NCBI RefSeq assembly: GCF_963921235.1
Contig: NC_086108.1
Span: 30,444,001 to 30,508,000 of the forward strand
Origin: Mobula hypostoma
Lineage: Eukaryota
Reading direction: 5' to 3'
DNA: 64,000 bases
The first letter of the stretch is position 1; each line of letters opens with the position of its first letter. The notes below the pieces were generated by a model. That model saw nothing but the letters and a program-made list of their open reading frames with translations. It did no database searches and was not told the DNA's origin. Made by a program: the position numbers and the translations under genes. Of this stretch, positions 24,566 to 37,732 are shown one piece after another.

Positions 24566-27281
24566 GAAACATATAGAAACATAGAAAATAGGTGCAGGAG
24601 TAGGCCATTCGGCCCTTCGAGCCTGCACCGCCATTTATTATGATCATGGCTGATCATCCAACTCAGAACCCCGCCCCAGCCTTCCCTCCATACCCCCTGA
24701 CCTCTGTAGCCACAAGGGCCATATCTAACTCCCTCTTAAACATAGCCAATGAACTGGCCTCAACAGTTTCCTGTGGCAGAGAATTCCACAGATTCACCAC
24801 TCTCTGTGTGAAGAAGTTTTTCCTAATCTCGGTCCTAAAAGGCTTCCCCTCTATCCTCAAACTGTGACCCCTCGTTCTGGACTTCCCCAACATTGGGAAC
24901 AATCTTCCTGCATCTAGCCTGTCCAATCCCTTTAGGATCTTATACGTTTCAATCAGACCCCCCCTCAATCTTCTAAATTCCAACGAGTACAAGCCCAGTT
25001 CATCCAGTCTTTCTTCATATGAGAGTCCTGCCATCCCAGGAATCAATCTGGTGAACCTTCTTTGTACTCCCTCTATGGCAAAGATGTCTTTCCTCAGATT
25101 AGGGGACCAAAACTGCACACAATACTCCAGGTGTGGTCTCACCAAGGCCTTGTACAACTGCAGTAGTACCTCCCTGCTCCTGTACTCGAATCCTCTTGCT
25201 ATAAATGCCAGCATACCATTCGCCTTTTTCACCGCCTGCTGTACCTGCATGTCCACTTTCAATGACTGGTGTATAATGACACCCAGGTCTCGTTGCACCT
25301 CCCCTTCTCCTAATCGGCCACCATTCAGAAAATAACCTGTTTTCCTATTTTTGCCACCAAAGTGGATAACTTCACATTTATCCACATTAAATTGCATCTG
25401 CCATGAGTTTGCCCACTCACCCAACCTATCCAAGTCACCCTGCATCCTCTTAGCATCCTCCTCACTGCTAACACTGCCACCCAGCTTCGTGTCATCCGCA
25501 AACTTGGAGATGCTGCATTTAATTCCCTCATCCAAGTCATTAATATATATTGTAAACAACTGGGGTCCCAGCACTGAGCCTTGCGGTACCCCACTAGTCA
25601 CCGCCTGCCATTCTGAAAAGGTCCCATTTATTCCCACTCTTTGCTTCCTGTCTGCTAACCAATTCTCCACCCACACCAATACCTTACCCCCAATACCGTG
25701 TGCTTTAAGTTTGCACACTAATCTCCTGTGTGGGACCTTGTCAAAAGCCTTTTGAAAATCCAAATATACCACATCCACTGGTTCTCCCCTATCCACTCTA
25801 CTAGTTACATCCTCAAAAAATTCTATGAGATTCGTCAGACATGATTTTCCTTTCACAAATCCATGCTGACTTTGTCCGATCATTTCACTGCTTTCCAAAT
25901 GTGCTGTTATCACATCCTTGATAACTGACTCCAGCAGTTTCCCCACCACCAACGTTAGGCTAACCGGTCTATAATTCCCCAGTTTCTCTCTCCCTCCTTT
26001 TTTAAAAAGTGGGGTTACATTAGCCACCCTCCAATCCTCAGGAACTAGTCCAGAATCTAACGAGTTTTGAAAAATTATCACTAATGCATCCACTATTTCT
26101 TGGGCTACTCCCTTAAGCACTCTAGGATGCAGACCATCTGGCCCTGGGGATTTATCTGCCTTCAATCCCTTCAATTTACCTAACACCACTTCCCTACTAA
26201 CATGTATTTCACTCAGTTCCTCCATCTCACTGGACCCTCTGTCCCTTACTATTTCTGGAAGATTATTAGTGAAGACAGAACCAAAGTAATTATTCAATTG
26301 GTCTGCCATGTCCTTGCTCCCCATAATCAATTCACCTGTTTCTGTCTGCAGGGGACCTACATTTGTCTTTACCAGTCTTTTCCTTTTTACAAATCTATAA
26401 AAGCTTTTACAGTCCGTTTTTATGTTCTCTGCCAGTTTTCTCTCATAATCTTTTTTCCCCTTCCTAATTAAGCCCTTTGTCCTCCTCTGCTGAACTCTGA
26501 ATTTCTCCCAGTCCTCAGGTGAGCCACTTTCTCTGGCTAATTTGTATGCTACTTCTTTGGAATTGATACTATCCCTAATTTATCTTGTCAGCCACGGGTG
26601 CACTACCTTCCTTGATTTATTCTTTTGCCAAACTGGGATGAACAATTGTTGTAGTTCATCCATGCAACCTTTAAATGCTTGCCATTGCATATCCACCGTC
26701 AATCCTTTAAGTGTCATTTGCCAGTCTATCTTAGCTAATTCACGTCTCATACCTTCAAAGTTACCCCTTTTTAAGTTCAGAACCTTTGTTTCTGAATTAA
26801 CTATGTCACTCTCCATCTTAATGAAGAATTCCACCATATTATGGTCACTCTTACCCAAGGGGCCACTCACAACAAGATCGCTAATTAACCCTTCCTCATT
26901 GCTCGAAACCCAGTCCAGAATAGCCTGCTCTCTAGTTGGTTCCTCGACATGTTGGTTCAAAAAACCATCCCGCATACATTCCAAGAAATCCTCTTCCTCA
27001 GCACCTTTACCAATTTGGTTCACCCAGTCTACATGTAGATTGAAGTCACCCATTATAACTGCCCTTCCTTTATTGCACACATTTCTAATTTCCTGTTTAA
27101 TACCATCTCCGACCTCACTACTACTGTTAGGTGGCCTGTACACAACTCCCACCAGCGTCTTCTGCCCCTTAGTGTTACGCAGCTCTACCCATATAGATTC
27201 CACATCTTCCCGGCTTATGTCCTTCCTTTCTATTGCGTTAATCTCTTCTTTAACCAGCAACACCACCCCACCTCCCCTTCC
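24566..27281 (-). mobile_element. Second, 5'-truncated copy of the young CR1 at 9306-13184; ORF2 disrupted
   Basis: Near-identical sequence; 12-bp deletion near 26266; frame break between the 228-aa and 555-aa ORFs. Confidence 0.93.
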
Positions 27282-27874
27282 TTATATGGTTACATATAGT
27301 AAATATGTCTTTTGGTTAGGTTTAAATTCATATTTTACCTTCCTTTATCAAATTTGGGGTTAGAGTTGTAGGTTGTATTCAAAGGGGATTAAAGCAATCA
27401 TTTTGGCACACATTATAGAATTAACTGTAAGATTAAGGATCATTTTTCTGCATTGAGTCAAGGATGATTTACTTCTTTTACAATCCTAGTGAATCCAAAG
27501 TCACTGATGCAGGATATATAGACCCTGTCATGAGTGTCTACATGGGTGTGTAACGGAATGGGCAGGAGGTTTCAATGGTTCTGTGTTTCTTCCTCTGTCC
27601 ACATGACCCATAAATACTGTTCCACAGACATCAGGAGATCAGAGGCTCCCACATGAATTAGGTCCCATGAGCTACTGAGGTCACTACGTTCTTTTCCAAG
27701 GGATATTTGAGAATGTTTTTGATGTGTTCACCTTGTGCTCCTGGAAACTCTTCCTGTGAAGAACTCTTATGTGCTTGTTTCCAGAGTCTGGTGTTGGGAA
27801 GAATAGAACTGTTCAACCCAAATCATATGCGCCTGATTCAAAATACTGTGCATTTCTCCTAATTGAGTCCAAAC

Positions 27875-28110
27875 TAGGCAGCATGGGTCATGTAATGGTT
27901 ATTATAACAATTCACAGTGCCAGAAATTGGGGTTCAATTCCTGCTACTGTCTGTAAGAAGTCTGTGCATTCTCCCTGTGACCGCATGGGTTTCCTACCAC
28001 ATTCAAGAGGTGTATAAAAAAAGACAGGTTAGTAAGTTGAAGGCATGCTATGTGGGCACGGGAAGCATGGCGGCACTTGCCGGCTGTCACGGATCATCAC
28101 TGGACAGTAC
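27875..28110 (+). mobile_element. tRNA-derived SINE, degenerate
   Basis: GGGTTCAATTCC B box and ctccctgtgaccgcatgggtttcct body. Confidence 0.6.
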
Positions 28111-28679
28111 TGGCATTGTTGTATGCACAAGTACACTGGGGTACAGATGCAATGGAAAGTTTAAGTTTGCCTGCAGCAACATCACAGACACGTGGATTCA
28201 GGCAACACGTGGAACATAAATTATAGAAGACTGTGAAGAAAAATCCATGCAAAACAAGGCACCAGTGCATATACCTGTAAACCTTTAATATCCATGTACC
28301 TGTCCAACTGTCTTCTAAACATTGTTAATGTACCTGCAATAAGAATAACTGAGAGAATAATACCAAATAGGAGAAGGTAACCATGAATAAAGTTTGCAAA
28401 AAATATTATAAAGGTTTCCACCTAGAGCATATGAAGAACACATGCAATAAGCAAGTGCAGGTCATTCTGCCTCATGTCATTCAATAAGATCATGGCTGAC
28501 CTTTACCTGAGTGCCAATTTCGTACCCTCACCCATATCCTTCAGTAACTAAAACAATTACCAATTCTCCCTTGATTATTCCTAGTAACTGAGTAAAGAAA
28601 TTTGTAAACTTACCAAATGACCATCTATGACCCTAGCCGTCTCAAAATATTTAGTCCACTCCATGATATTGTCATGTTG

Positions 28680-29802
28680 TGTCATAAGGTGGTGGCTGGG
28701 AACGGACCCAAGTGCAAGCCACAGACACTGAAGTACTAGGGACAAGACTAGGATATAGGGTGAGGGCTAGGACATGGACACAAAAACCGGGAACCCGGAA
28801 CAGGACTGGACAAGAGAGCTAGGAGCCCCGACTTGGACTCCGAGCCAGAGACTGGACAAGGACCCAGAAACTGGGTCTTGCCTCTGGCTCGGACCCCAGA
28901 ACTAGGCAAGGACGTGACTTGGCTGGCAGGCAGGACAAGGCTGGAGTCTTCAGACTTGAGGTGAGGCTGGAGACCAGAGACCGGAGGCAAGGCTGGAGAC
29001 CAGAGACCGGAGGCGAGGCTTGATATCTGGGGCCTTGAAGCTTGGCTTGGGGCGAGGCTCGAGGCTTGGGGTCTTGAAGCTCCTCCTGGGCAGGGCGCAG
29101 TACACCTGGGCAGGGCGTGGATCTCCACCCGATGGAGGCCAGGGACAGGAAGGGACAGAACCCACTGCAGGGTAACGGCAATCTGGCCTGACTTACCCAA
29201 CGGAGGGAAGGGACAGGAAGGGACAGGACCCACCGCAGGGTAATGGCAATCTGGCCTGGCTTACCCGACGGAGGCAAGGGACATGAAGGGACAGGACCCA
29301 CCGCAGGGTAACGGCAATCTGGCCTGGCTTACCTGACAGAGGCAAGGGACAGGAAGGGACAGGAAGGGACAGGACTCACCGCAGGATAACAGCAATCTGG
29401 CCTGGCTTACCCGACGGAGGCAAGGGACAAGACCCACCGTAGGGTAACGGCAATCTGGCCTGGCTTACCCAACGGAGGCAAGGGACAGGAAGGGATCTAG
29501 GTTCAGGGTGGCTCCAAGACAAGACTTCAGGCGAGACGAGGTGAGAGATACCAGCAAGACAAGACAAGGCTTCAGGCAAGGAAACAGAAGGCAGGGGAAG
29601 GGATACAAGGAGTAAGGACAAGAACAATCCAGCACCATGCCCTGGTCTCTGGAGGTATTTATGCAGCCAGCCCCAACGAGCATCAGCTGCCTCAATTAGT
29701 GCTCAATAGGAACAGAAACAGGGTAGACTGGAAAACCTGGAGCAAGGGCCGATGGACCGGACCGTGAACCGGAATGCAGACTTCACAGACCGGACCATGA
29801 CA
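28680..29802 (-). mobile_element. Solo LTR (1123 bp) with internal tandem repeats
   Basis: TGTCAT...ATGACA termini; 5-bp TSD TGTTG at 28675-28679 and 29803-29807; about five 68-bp units at 29134-29495. Confidence 0.85.
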
Positions 29803-30399
29803 TGTTGAGCTTAAGCTATTCTAAGACTGTCTGGGATACCAGGAACATTTATAGTGAAAATAAAGAAGGACTTGACAATATCTGTCAGACTGTTTCCGTA
29901 ATTGGTATACTATAAGCCTAATTGTAAATGTCCTGTTGTTAAACCCTTTTTGAAGATAGCTTAAAGGATGGAGGTCAATTGGGATATATGGCCATATATG
30001 GGATATATGGCCATATCTTCCTAGCTTCATATTGAAAAAGAAGAAATAGAAATCAAAGATAAAGTTGTTGGACAGGAAATTAATTTCAATAGGACATTAA
30101 GGGATCCAGCTACATTAGTTAACTGGACCAAATATTAGGCCAGCATTTTATGAATAGGTAAGATCAAAGAAAACATTTCACTGTATTTATAAATGACTTT
30201 CTTAATCTTAGGACATCCCAAAGGGTTATAAAGGCAACAAAGGGCAGTATTTGTCCAAGTATATTCAGAGATTGAATGTAGCATTGCCAAAAGCCAATTT
30301 GTTCAGATTAATTTATTCTAGCTGGGACTTAAAGGATTTAGCAAACATGAAAACGGGAGACCAAGATAAAATAAATTCCAAGTAATGCATGTGGAAAGA

Positions 30400-30842
30400 T
30401 TTAGATTAGATTAGATAAGATTATGAGGACATGCAGTTCTCTTTTATTGTCATTTGGTAATGTATGCATTAAGAAATGATACGATGTTTTTCCAGAATGA
30501 TATCACGAAAACACATGACAAACTGACTTAAAAGCTAACAGAAACCACATAATTATAATATATAGTTACAACAGTGCAAAGTAATACCGTAATTTGATAA
30601 GAACAGACCATGGCACGGTAAAAGTCTCAAAGTCTCTCGAAAGTCCCATCATCTCACGCAGAGGCCAACTTGCCGATGCAGCATGCTGAAAGCATCCGAC
30701 CACAGTCCGACTCCGAGTCCATCGGAAAAACTCGGAGCCTCCGACCAGCTCTCTGACAACAAGCATCGAGCACCATCTCTGCCAAATGCTTCGACCCCGG
30801 CCCCGGCAACAGGCAATAGGCAAAGCCGAGGATTTGGGGCCT
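30400..30842 (-). mobile_element. Non-autonomous retroposon with (AATCT)n tail, copy A
   Basis: Similar to 48455-49072 and 49378-49785. Confidence 0.75.
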
Positions 30843-31103
30843 TTGTCATTTCAGCCAAAACAGAATGTTAGAAGCATATTTAGACCAATAGGTCATTAAA
30901 TCATTAAGAATTGGAGGGAAATGGGATCAAAGTCAAAACTGTGTTTCTTGTCATTTACACAGTACATGTGTGCACAGGTGCAATGAAAAGCTTATTTGTA
31001 GCAGCATCACTGACACATGGCATCATATATGCAGTGAACACAAGAAAAACATACATAAAACATAATTTTTTAATATGAAAACACAATTAGAACAAAAATT
31101 GAG

Positions 31104-31181
31104 CAGGGATCCTCAACTTTTTTTATGCCATGGACTAATTCCATTAAGCAAGGTGTCTGGGGGCCCTAGGTAGGAACCCTG
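31104..31181. mobile_element. Possible miniature hAT-type MITE
   Basis: CAGGGATCCT...AGGAACCCTG imperfect TIRs; no clear 8-bp TSD. Confidence 0.4.
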
Positions 31182-31914
31182 CTAACAGTGAACTAGAGGG
31201 AGTTTTGTAATAATCCAATAGTACATGTAGTCATTATTACTAATGACTTGTTTTTTCTGGTGGGATTTGGACTCAGGTCTCTGATTTATTAGTCCATGCG
31301 ACTAGATTACTAGTGGGGTGATTTAGCAACTGTACCACCACTGCTGGACCGGGTGAGAAGTTAAATTAATTGTCACATAAAGGGTGATGTTGTGGATATG
31401 CATATGATTTTGAGCTATACTTGACTTTTCAATGGATACGTAGGTTAGTTAATGGCTGTCACATCTCTTTCCACACACATGTCATAAATGGGACCTATAT
31501 CAGTCTCTAATTCACCACTCATCTCCTTCATGTGTCTGAACTTCTCATAATTAATAACATCTTGGATTAGTATACTTTCTCCAAATAACAGGAATAATTT
31601 TGTAAGCCACAGCAGGCAATGTCAATCACTTGACAGGATATTGTTTTCTCCAGTCCTAATGGATGACTGTTTTGCAGATTGTTTCTGTTCTCTCCCAAGG
31701 GTGACTCTGAATTGCCAAATGCCCATCACTGTACCACTCCATCCCACTCCCACTATGATTTTCCTGACTTTGGCCACTGATAATGTTCCACAGAAATGTG
31801 ATGTAAGGCTAAGGGGCAGAACTGCATTTTCTGACTTGCTACATTTGTCAGTACCTCTAGTTGAACTCTATCTTTTTGTGTTTTTCCCCTAGCTGTCAGT
31901 CTGTGGTTTTGTAT

Positions 31915-32336
31915 TGCCATGTGCTCCTGTCCCTGCTCCTGCTCTACTCCGGCCCCTGTATTACTGAGTACCCCGTCTCTCACCTGTTTCTCATTATTAC
32001 CTGTATTGCTGCCACCCGTGTCTCATTGTGCTCCACCTATCATCTGCGTCTTTGTTTATTGCTCAATGTATTTCAGTCCTGTGTTTTCACCTGTTTTTCA
32101 GATTGTGCCAGTGAATTTTCCTGAGCCTTTCCAGCATTAGTATCTGTACTCTGCTCGTCTGAATATTGACTCTGCCTGTTCCCCAATTCTGGTTTTTGGA
32201 TTTCTCTGGATGTTTTGATCTCTGCCTGAACTTTGACACTAACTTTGTTTGCACCTCGGGACTTGTTACTCAATTAATATCACTGTGTGGTCAGTACTGG
32301 GCCTGTGATTGGATTCCTGCTCCAGCATTCTGACAA
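31915..32336 (+). mobile_element. Probable solo LTR
   Basis: TGCCATG...CTGACA termini and pyrimidine-rich LTR-like body; TSD not clean. Confidence 0.5.
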
Positions 32337-32529
32337 CATTATAGTCCTCAAGATTCAACACCATGTTCAATGATGTCTGATAAACATCCATTCCTATCTC
32401 CTGGTTATCTCCTCTAGTTTACACTGCCCTTTGCCACTGCATTTCAGACAGTATCACTGCCTTTTATGTTACTGACTGCTTCACCTTCCCTTCTGTGCTC
32501 CTTGCTCTGCCTATTTCAACACTTCAGAG

Positions 32530-33375
32530 GCACAATGCAGAAGCTCAAAATCTGGAGCAATACACAAAGGTGCTGGGGAACCCGGTGGGCAGGCAGCATC
32601 CATGGAGGGAAATGAACAGTCAGCAATTTCCATTGGGACTGGAAAGAAAGTGGGAAGAAGCCTGAATAAGATGGTAGGAATGGGGAGGAGCATGAGCTGG
32701 CGAGTGATCAGTGAATCCAGTTGAGAGAGGGAAGATAGGTAGGTGGGGGAGAGATTGGGGATGATGGCAGAAGCTGGGAGGTGATAGGTGGAAGAAGTAA
32801 AGGGCTGAAGAAGATAGAATCTGATAGGTGAAGACAGTGGGCGATGGAATAAAGGGAAGGAAGTGGGGAACCAGAAGGGGCGATCATGGGGGCAGGGTAG
32901 GGGAACGGGAAGAGGAAATGGGGCCAGATAGATAAGGGAAAACAAAGCGTGCGGAGGTGGGAACAGGGAGCATTGGTTCCCAGCATTTAGAAAAAATTAT
33001 GCTTATGGTATCAGGAAGAATATGAGATGCTGTTATTCTAATCTGCTTCTAGCTTCAACATGGCAGTAGAATACACCATTGACAGACATACCAGCGTGGG
33101 AATGGGAAGTGGAATTAAAATGGCTGGCCACTAGAAGGTCTTGACTGTTGCAGTGGATGGGGCAAAGGTGCTTAACAAAGTGACTCCCCCATTCTGCGTT
33201 GGGTCTCCCTCATCTAGAGGAGGTTGCTCCAGGAGCTCTAGATGCAATAAATGGCACTGATAGATTCAGCTGTGAAGTGCTGCCTCACCTGAAAGGATTC
33301 TTTAGGGCTCTGAAAGTGTAACCCTAGCGTACTTGCAGGAATGAATGGCTGGAAGGGGATCAGTGCGAGGGACAA
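32530..33375 (-). mobile_element. Old Penelope-like fragment
   Basis: Diverged similarity to 4627-5747 (pseudo-LTR, purine-rich tract, GIY-YIG remnants). Confidence 0.7.
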
Positions 33376-34164
33376 GTCTTATTTCTAACGTTTCCAGTTC
33401 TGTTGAGATGTAACACCACTCTGTCTCCCAGATACTGCCTGATCAGCATTCTCTCTGGCAGGTTCCCTCCTCCTTTCTCCTGTACACAGATGAGTACAGT
33501 AACAGCATGTCCTGATCTCGCTCCCAATCAAAACTTCCAGCAGTTTTGCTTTGGATATGTATTATTTTTTTTTCTTCCTTTGCTTAACCTATCTCTGACT
33601 CTTCTCTTACCATTCTATTCAGAGAATAAATGACCTTCCAAGTTAAGTTGCAAATCATATTTATTGCTCATATTTTCAGACAGAAACCACTGCTAACAAT
33701 ATTGATGTTTAATCATTTCTGACTTCCTTCCTCTGTACATCTTCTTTTGATCTTTCCCCATTTCAATTTCCCACTCAAACTTTTCTAATTTTAACCTTTC
33801 TTTTGCAAAAGACAACACTTAAGTTTTATGGTATGAACATTAACTCTGTATCCTTCTCCACCATGGCTGCACAAGGTGCTTTTTTCCCTCTGTCCATTCA
33901 TGGAACATCTAATCACAGATTGTATGTTGCTATTGTACTAATTTTGCATTCACTAATTGCAGTTAATATAATTGAATAATTAAGGCAGCTCATTAAAATT
34001 CTTCCAAACAAAATTTGGCACTGAATCACATGTGGAAATAAAGATTATATCTTGTATATTTCCTTATGATGGAGCTCTGTAGGGCATTGTGTTTCACAGA
34101 ACAATTCTTTCAGTCAAATTTCTCCACCTATTTCTCTGCTATGTCTCCTCCGACATATGCCCAT

Positions 34165-34340
34165 CAATATTTCCCTACACTATTACACAAGGGTAATATA
34201 TGGTAGCTAAATAACCAAACAGCCAGCAAGGCTTTGGGATATGAAGAAATCTAGAGCACGTAAGGAAATCCCATATATCCACAGACCTCACCAGAGGTCA
34301 GAATTGAATTTGGATTGATGGAACTGTGAGACTGTGCCGT
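34165..34340 (-). mobile_element. Old tRNA-derived SINE fragment
   Basis: Reverse SINE body with degenerate B box. Confidence 0.45.
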
Positions 34341-34349
34341 TGAACTTCC

Positions 34350-34585
34350 GAAGAATGAAGATCAAAGAACTGCAGATGGCAGCAATCTGAAACAAAAAAC
34401 AGAAAATGTTGGATACACTCAGCAATTACATGGGCAAAGTCCATAAAAAGAGAAGTAGAGTTAATGTTCCAGAACAAAGACTCTGACAAAGGATGTTCAA
34501 CCTGAAACATTCATGCTATTTCTTTTTCTTTAGATACTACCCTGAACAGCTGAGTACTTCTAGTATCTTTTGGTTCTACTTCAGG
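34350..34585. mobile_element. Penelope pseudo-LTR remnants in inverted arrangement
   Basis: ctgcagatgg..aatctg..actcagc, then CTGACAA-AGG..CCT-GAAAC (hammerhead relic) and ctgagtacttctagtatc. Confidence 0.5.
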
Positions 34586-34594
34586 AAACTTCGG

Positions 34595-34862
34595 TTTCAA
34601 CTCTGCTGTGGACGGTCCCAAGTCTAGTTGCAAAAGGAGGAGGGCTAGCCACCCCATCTTGTAAAAACCCTGTGCTACAGAAACGGCAACAGAAGCTCCA
34701 TCTGTGGGAGAGGAAGGATCTTTGTCTAGACGTATGAAGTCATAAGGTGAAAGCCCACAGGGAAGATCGAATTTCAGCCCAGGACGGAGTACTCTGGTGA
34801 GACTGCAGTTGGAGCTCTATTCCCCAGTGGAGGTGATGGGCTTAAGAAGTAGAAGAAGAAAC
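34595..34862 (+). mobile_element. RTE-derived short non-autonomous element
   Basis: RTE-type 5' part (gtggacggtcccaag..ctagccaccccatcttgtaaaaac) joined to a 3' end with (AAG)n tail. Confidence 0.5.
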
Positions 34863-36383
34863 TTAGGTTTCAAAAATCAAGCTTTTCTATGGAATTTGGG
34901 TGAAGATATAAAGGCAGATTACATTTTACCCCAAAGAACTGTGACTTTGTAAGGCCAAATGTTCACTGTTTCCAAAAACATGCAGATTTTGTTGCTTTAT
35001 TAGTTTTCTCTTTGACATACTGGAAGATATTGGTAGTTTTATTATTTGCATTTATTTTTAAATTTTATTTTTTTTTACATTCAGTTTTATTTAATGTTTT
35101 ATGCAAAGTGGCATTGTACAAAGTATCATTTCTTACAATGACCTTGTTGACAGTGGCGAGTTCCATCGATGGCAGTTAGGACCATCCTGAGAGATGGCAG
35201 ATAGGACCAGTAAAGGAAATGATGCTCTGTAGAACCTTTGGAGATAGACAAACAGCCAACTGAGAGCAAAGGAAAAGCAAAATTGACAGTTCAGGTCACG
35301 CTGAAGTTACCAACTTGACTGAGTTTTTTGACAAGGTGATGAGAGAGATTAGATGAAGGCAGGGCAGTGGATGTTGTCTGCATGGATTTTAGTAAGATGT
35401 TTGACGAAGTCCCTCATGGGAGACTAATCGAGAAGATTAAGGTGCACGGGGTCTGCGGTGAATTGACTGGTTGGATTCAGATCTGGCTTGTGCATAGAAG
35501 GCTGAAAGGTGGTTGAATGGATATTTGTTCGGGCTGGAGGTCTGTAATTGGTGAAGTTTGGCAGAGATCTGTGCTATTTGTGATGTATAAAAATGAGCTG
35601 GATGAACATGTAGATGAGCGGGTTAGTAAACTGGCAGATGATACTAAGATTGGTGGAGGTGTGGACAATGTAGAAGACTGGCAAAGAATACAGCATGTTA
35701 TAGATCAGTTGCAAACATGGGCAAAGAAATGGCAGAAGGAGTTTTACCCAGATAAATGTGAGGTGTTGAACCTTGGTAGGGCAAATGCAAGGAGACAGTT
35801 CACTGTTAAGGACAAAATCCTTAATAGTGTTGCTGAGCAGAGAGATCTTGGAATCCAAATTCAAGTTCCTTGAGAGTGGCTACACGGGTTGATATGGTCG
35901 TTAAGAAGGCTTATGGAATGCTTGCTTTTATTAGACAAGGCACTGAGTTCAAAAGTTATGTTGCAACTTTACTAAACTCTAGTTAGGCCCCATCTGCAGT
36001 ATTGCATACAGTTATGGTCGCCCTGCTATAGGAAAGATGTTGAGGCTTTGGAGAGGGTGCAGAAGAGGTCAACCAGGATGCTGCCTGGTTTAGAGGGCAT
36101 GTGCTATCATGAGAGGCTGGATAAACTTGGGTTGATTTCTCTGGAGCACCACAGGCTGTGGGGAGATCTGATATAAGTAAGATTATGAGAGGCATAGATA
36201 GAGTGGACAGAGAGTATCTGTTTCCCAGAGTGGAAATGTCTAACTCCGGGAGGACTTCCGGGTCATCAAGGGAATGGCGGGGTAAGGAAAAGGTCTCTCG
36301 GCCAAAAAGAAGGTAAACTGCCCCAAAATCGAATTTAGACAAATACTTAATGTTGTATAACTATATTAATAAAAGGGGCAAGG

Positions 36384-37370
36384 ATGATGTCTAAGAACAA
36401 GATTAAAAAGTCCGCTCCGAAGGCTGATAAACATAAAGAGACGCAGCAAGGCGACGGGCCTAGCTCCCCCATGGCAAGCCAGGACGGAGATAATGAGGGG
36501 GAATCGGTGACTCTGTCTTTGATTCTCGGAGAGATTCGCGAGTTCCGACAAGATAACAACAAACAGCTGGAGGATATTAAAGGAGAAATAGTAAAAACTA
36601 ACTCGAGGTTAGATGAAGCCGAAGCGAGGATTGTTGGAATTGAAGAGAAGCTACAAAATGCAGAGGAAGTGATAGCAGAAATGCTGAGGCTACAAGAGCA
36701 GCTCCAGTGGAAGCTAACAGATCAAGAAGGCCGCTCAAGAAGGGAAAATGTGAGGATATACGGAGTTCCCGAAGGAACCGAAGGTAAACCCGGATTGATG
36801 ATTCCCTTCGTGGAGAAGCTGCTTAGAGAGAACCTTGATATACCGACCGCAAAAGACCTACAGATAGAAAGGGCTCACCGCGCGTTGGCACCACAGCCTC
36901 CGGCAGGCGCCAAGCCCAGATCGATTCTGATCAGATTTCTCAGTTACAGAACGAAGGAAGAGGTGCTTAAACAGGCATGGCAAAAGAAAGGTTTCATGTG
37001 GAGCAACTGTAAAATCAGTTTAGGCCACGATTACGCACCGGGGATTCTTGCCAGATGGAAGGAATATGTGGAAACACGGAGGGTCCTGAAGGAAAACAAC
37101 ATCAGATTTCAGACCCTGTATCCAGCTCGGCTGAGAGTCTTTTACGACGAAGGGTCAAAAACTTACGCTACGGTGGAGGAGGCAACGTCGGACCTGACGG
37201 ACCGGGGACTACCTATTGAAGTTATCACCCAACCGGAGTCGCTACTGGAGAGGATACGGCAGAAGTCGTGGCAGTTAGTGGGGCGAGGACGCTCCACTCG
37301 AACCAGAGTGTCAAACTACAAGGAAAAGCTGCAAATATTCAGACGCGAATGTACAGAGAATACAGACTAA
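36384..37370 (+). CDS. L1 ORF1p (coiled coil, RRM, CTD), intact, 328 aa
   Basis: Heptad region, EGRSRRENVRIYGVPEG, IERAHR, PRSILIRF, LYPARLRV. Confidence 0.9.
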   Translation: MMSKNKIKKSAPKADKHKETQQGDGPSSPMASQDGDNEGESVTLSLILGEIREFRQDNNKQLEDIKGEIVKTNSRLDEAEARIVGIEEKLQNAEEVIAEMLRLQEQLQWKLTDQEGRSRRENVRIYGVPEGTEGKPGLMIPFVEKLLRENLDIPTAKDLQIERAHRALAPQPPAGAKPRSILIRFLSYRTKEEVLKQAWQKKGFMWSNCKISLGHDYAPGILARWKEYVETRRVLKENNIRFQTLYPARLRVFYDEGSKTYATVEEATSDLTDRGLPIEVITQPESLLERIRQKSWQLVGRGRSTRTRVSNYKEKLQIFRRECTENTD

Positions 37371-37732
37371 TTAAGAGAAATGATTGAAAAGAGTAAATCG
37401 GACTTAAAGGTAAAATGAAAGCTGGTATCTGAAAATAAACTAGACGGAATAACTTGAATGATAGCAATATGGTCGAGACATAAATAGGAGAAAATTCTCT
37501 ATGATTATTCAAACTGCTGAGGGCCCTCTAACACAGAGTGAAGATAGAGGTTATCCCTCTGAACTGAGGCGGGTCGGTGCTCAGGCCTCACTGTGGGAAG
37601 TCGGGAAAAATTTTCAAATGTTATACGTTCAGAAATGTCTAGGGTGTGGTTATATGTTTTGGTTTACTGTAGAGAAGGGATTGCTTACTGTTTGGTTAGA
37701 AAAGGAGAGTGCTTTTTTTCTACTAGAGAAAA

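Noticed and set aside
28748..29695. Pro/Ser-rich ORFs
   Set aside because: Translations of the tandem repeats inside the solo LTR
34595..34700. Second HDV-like ribozyme in the RTE-derived short element
   Set aside because: Could not build the P1-P4 nested double pseudoknot
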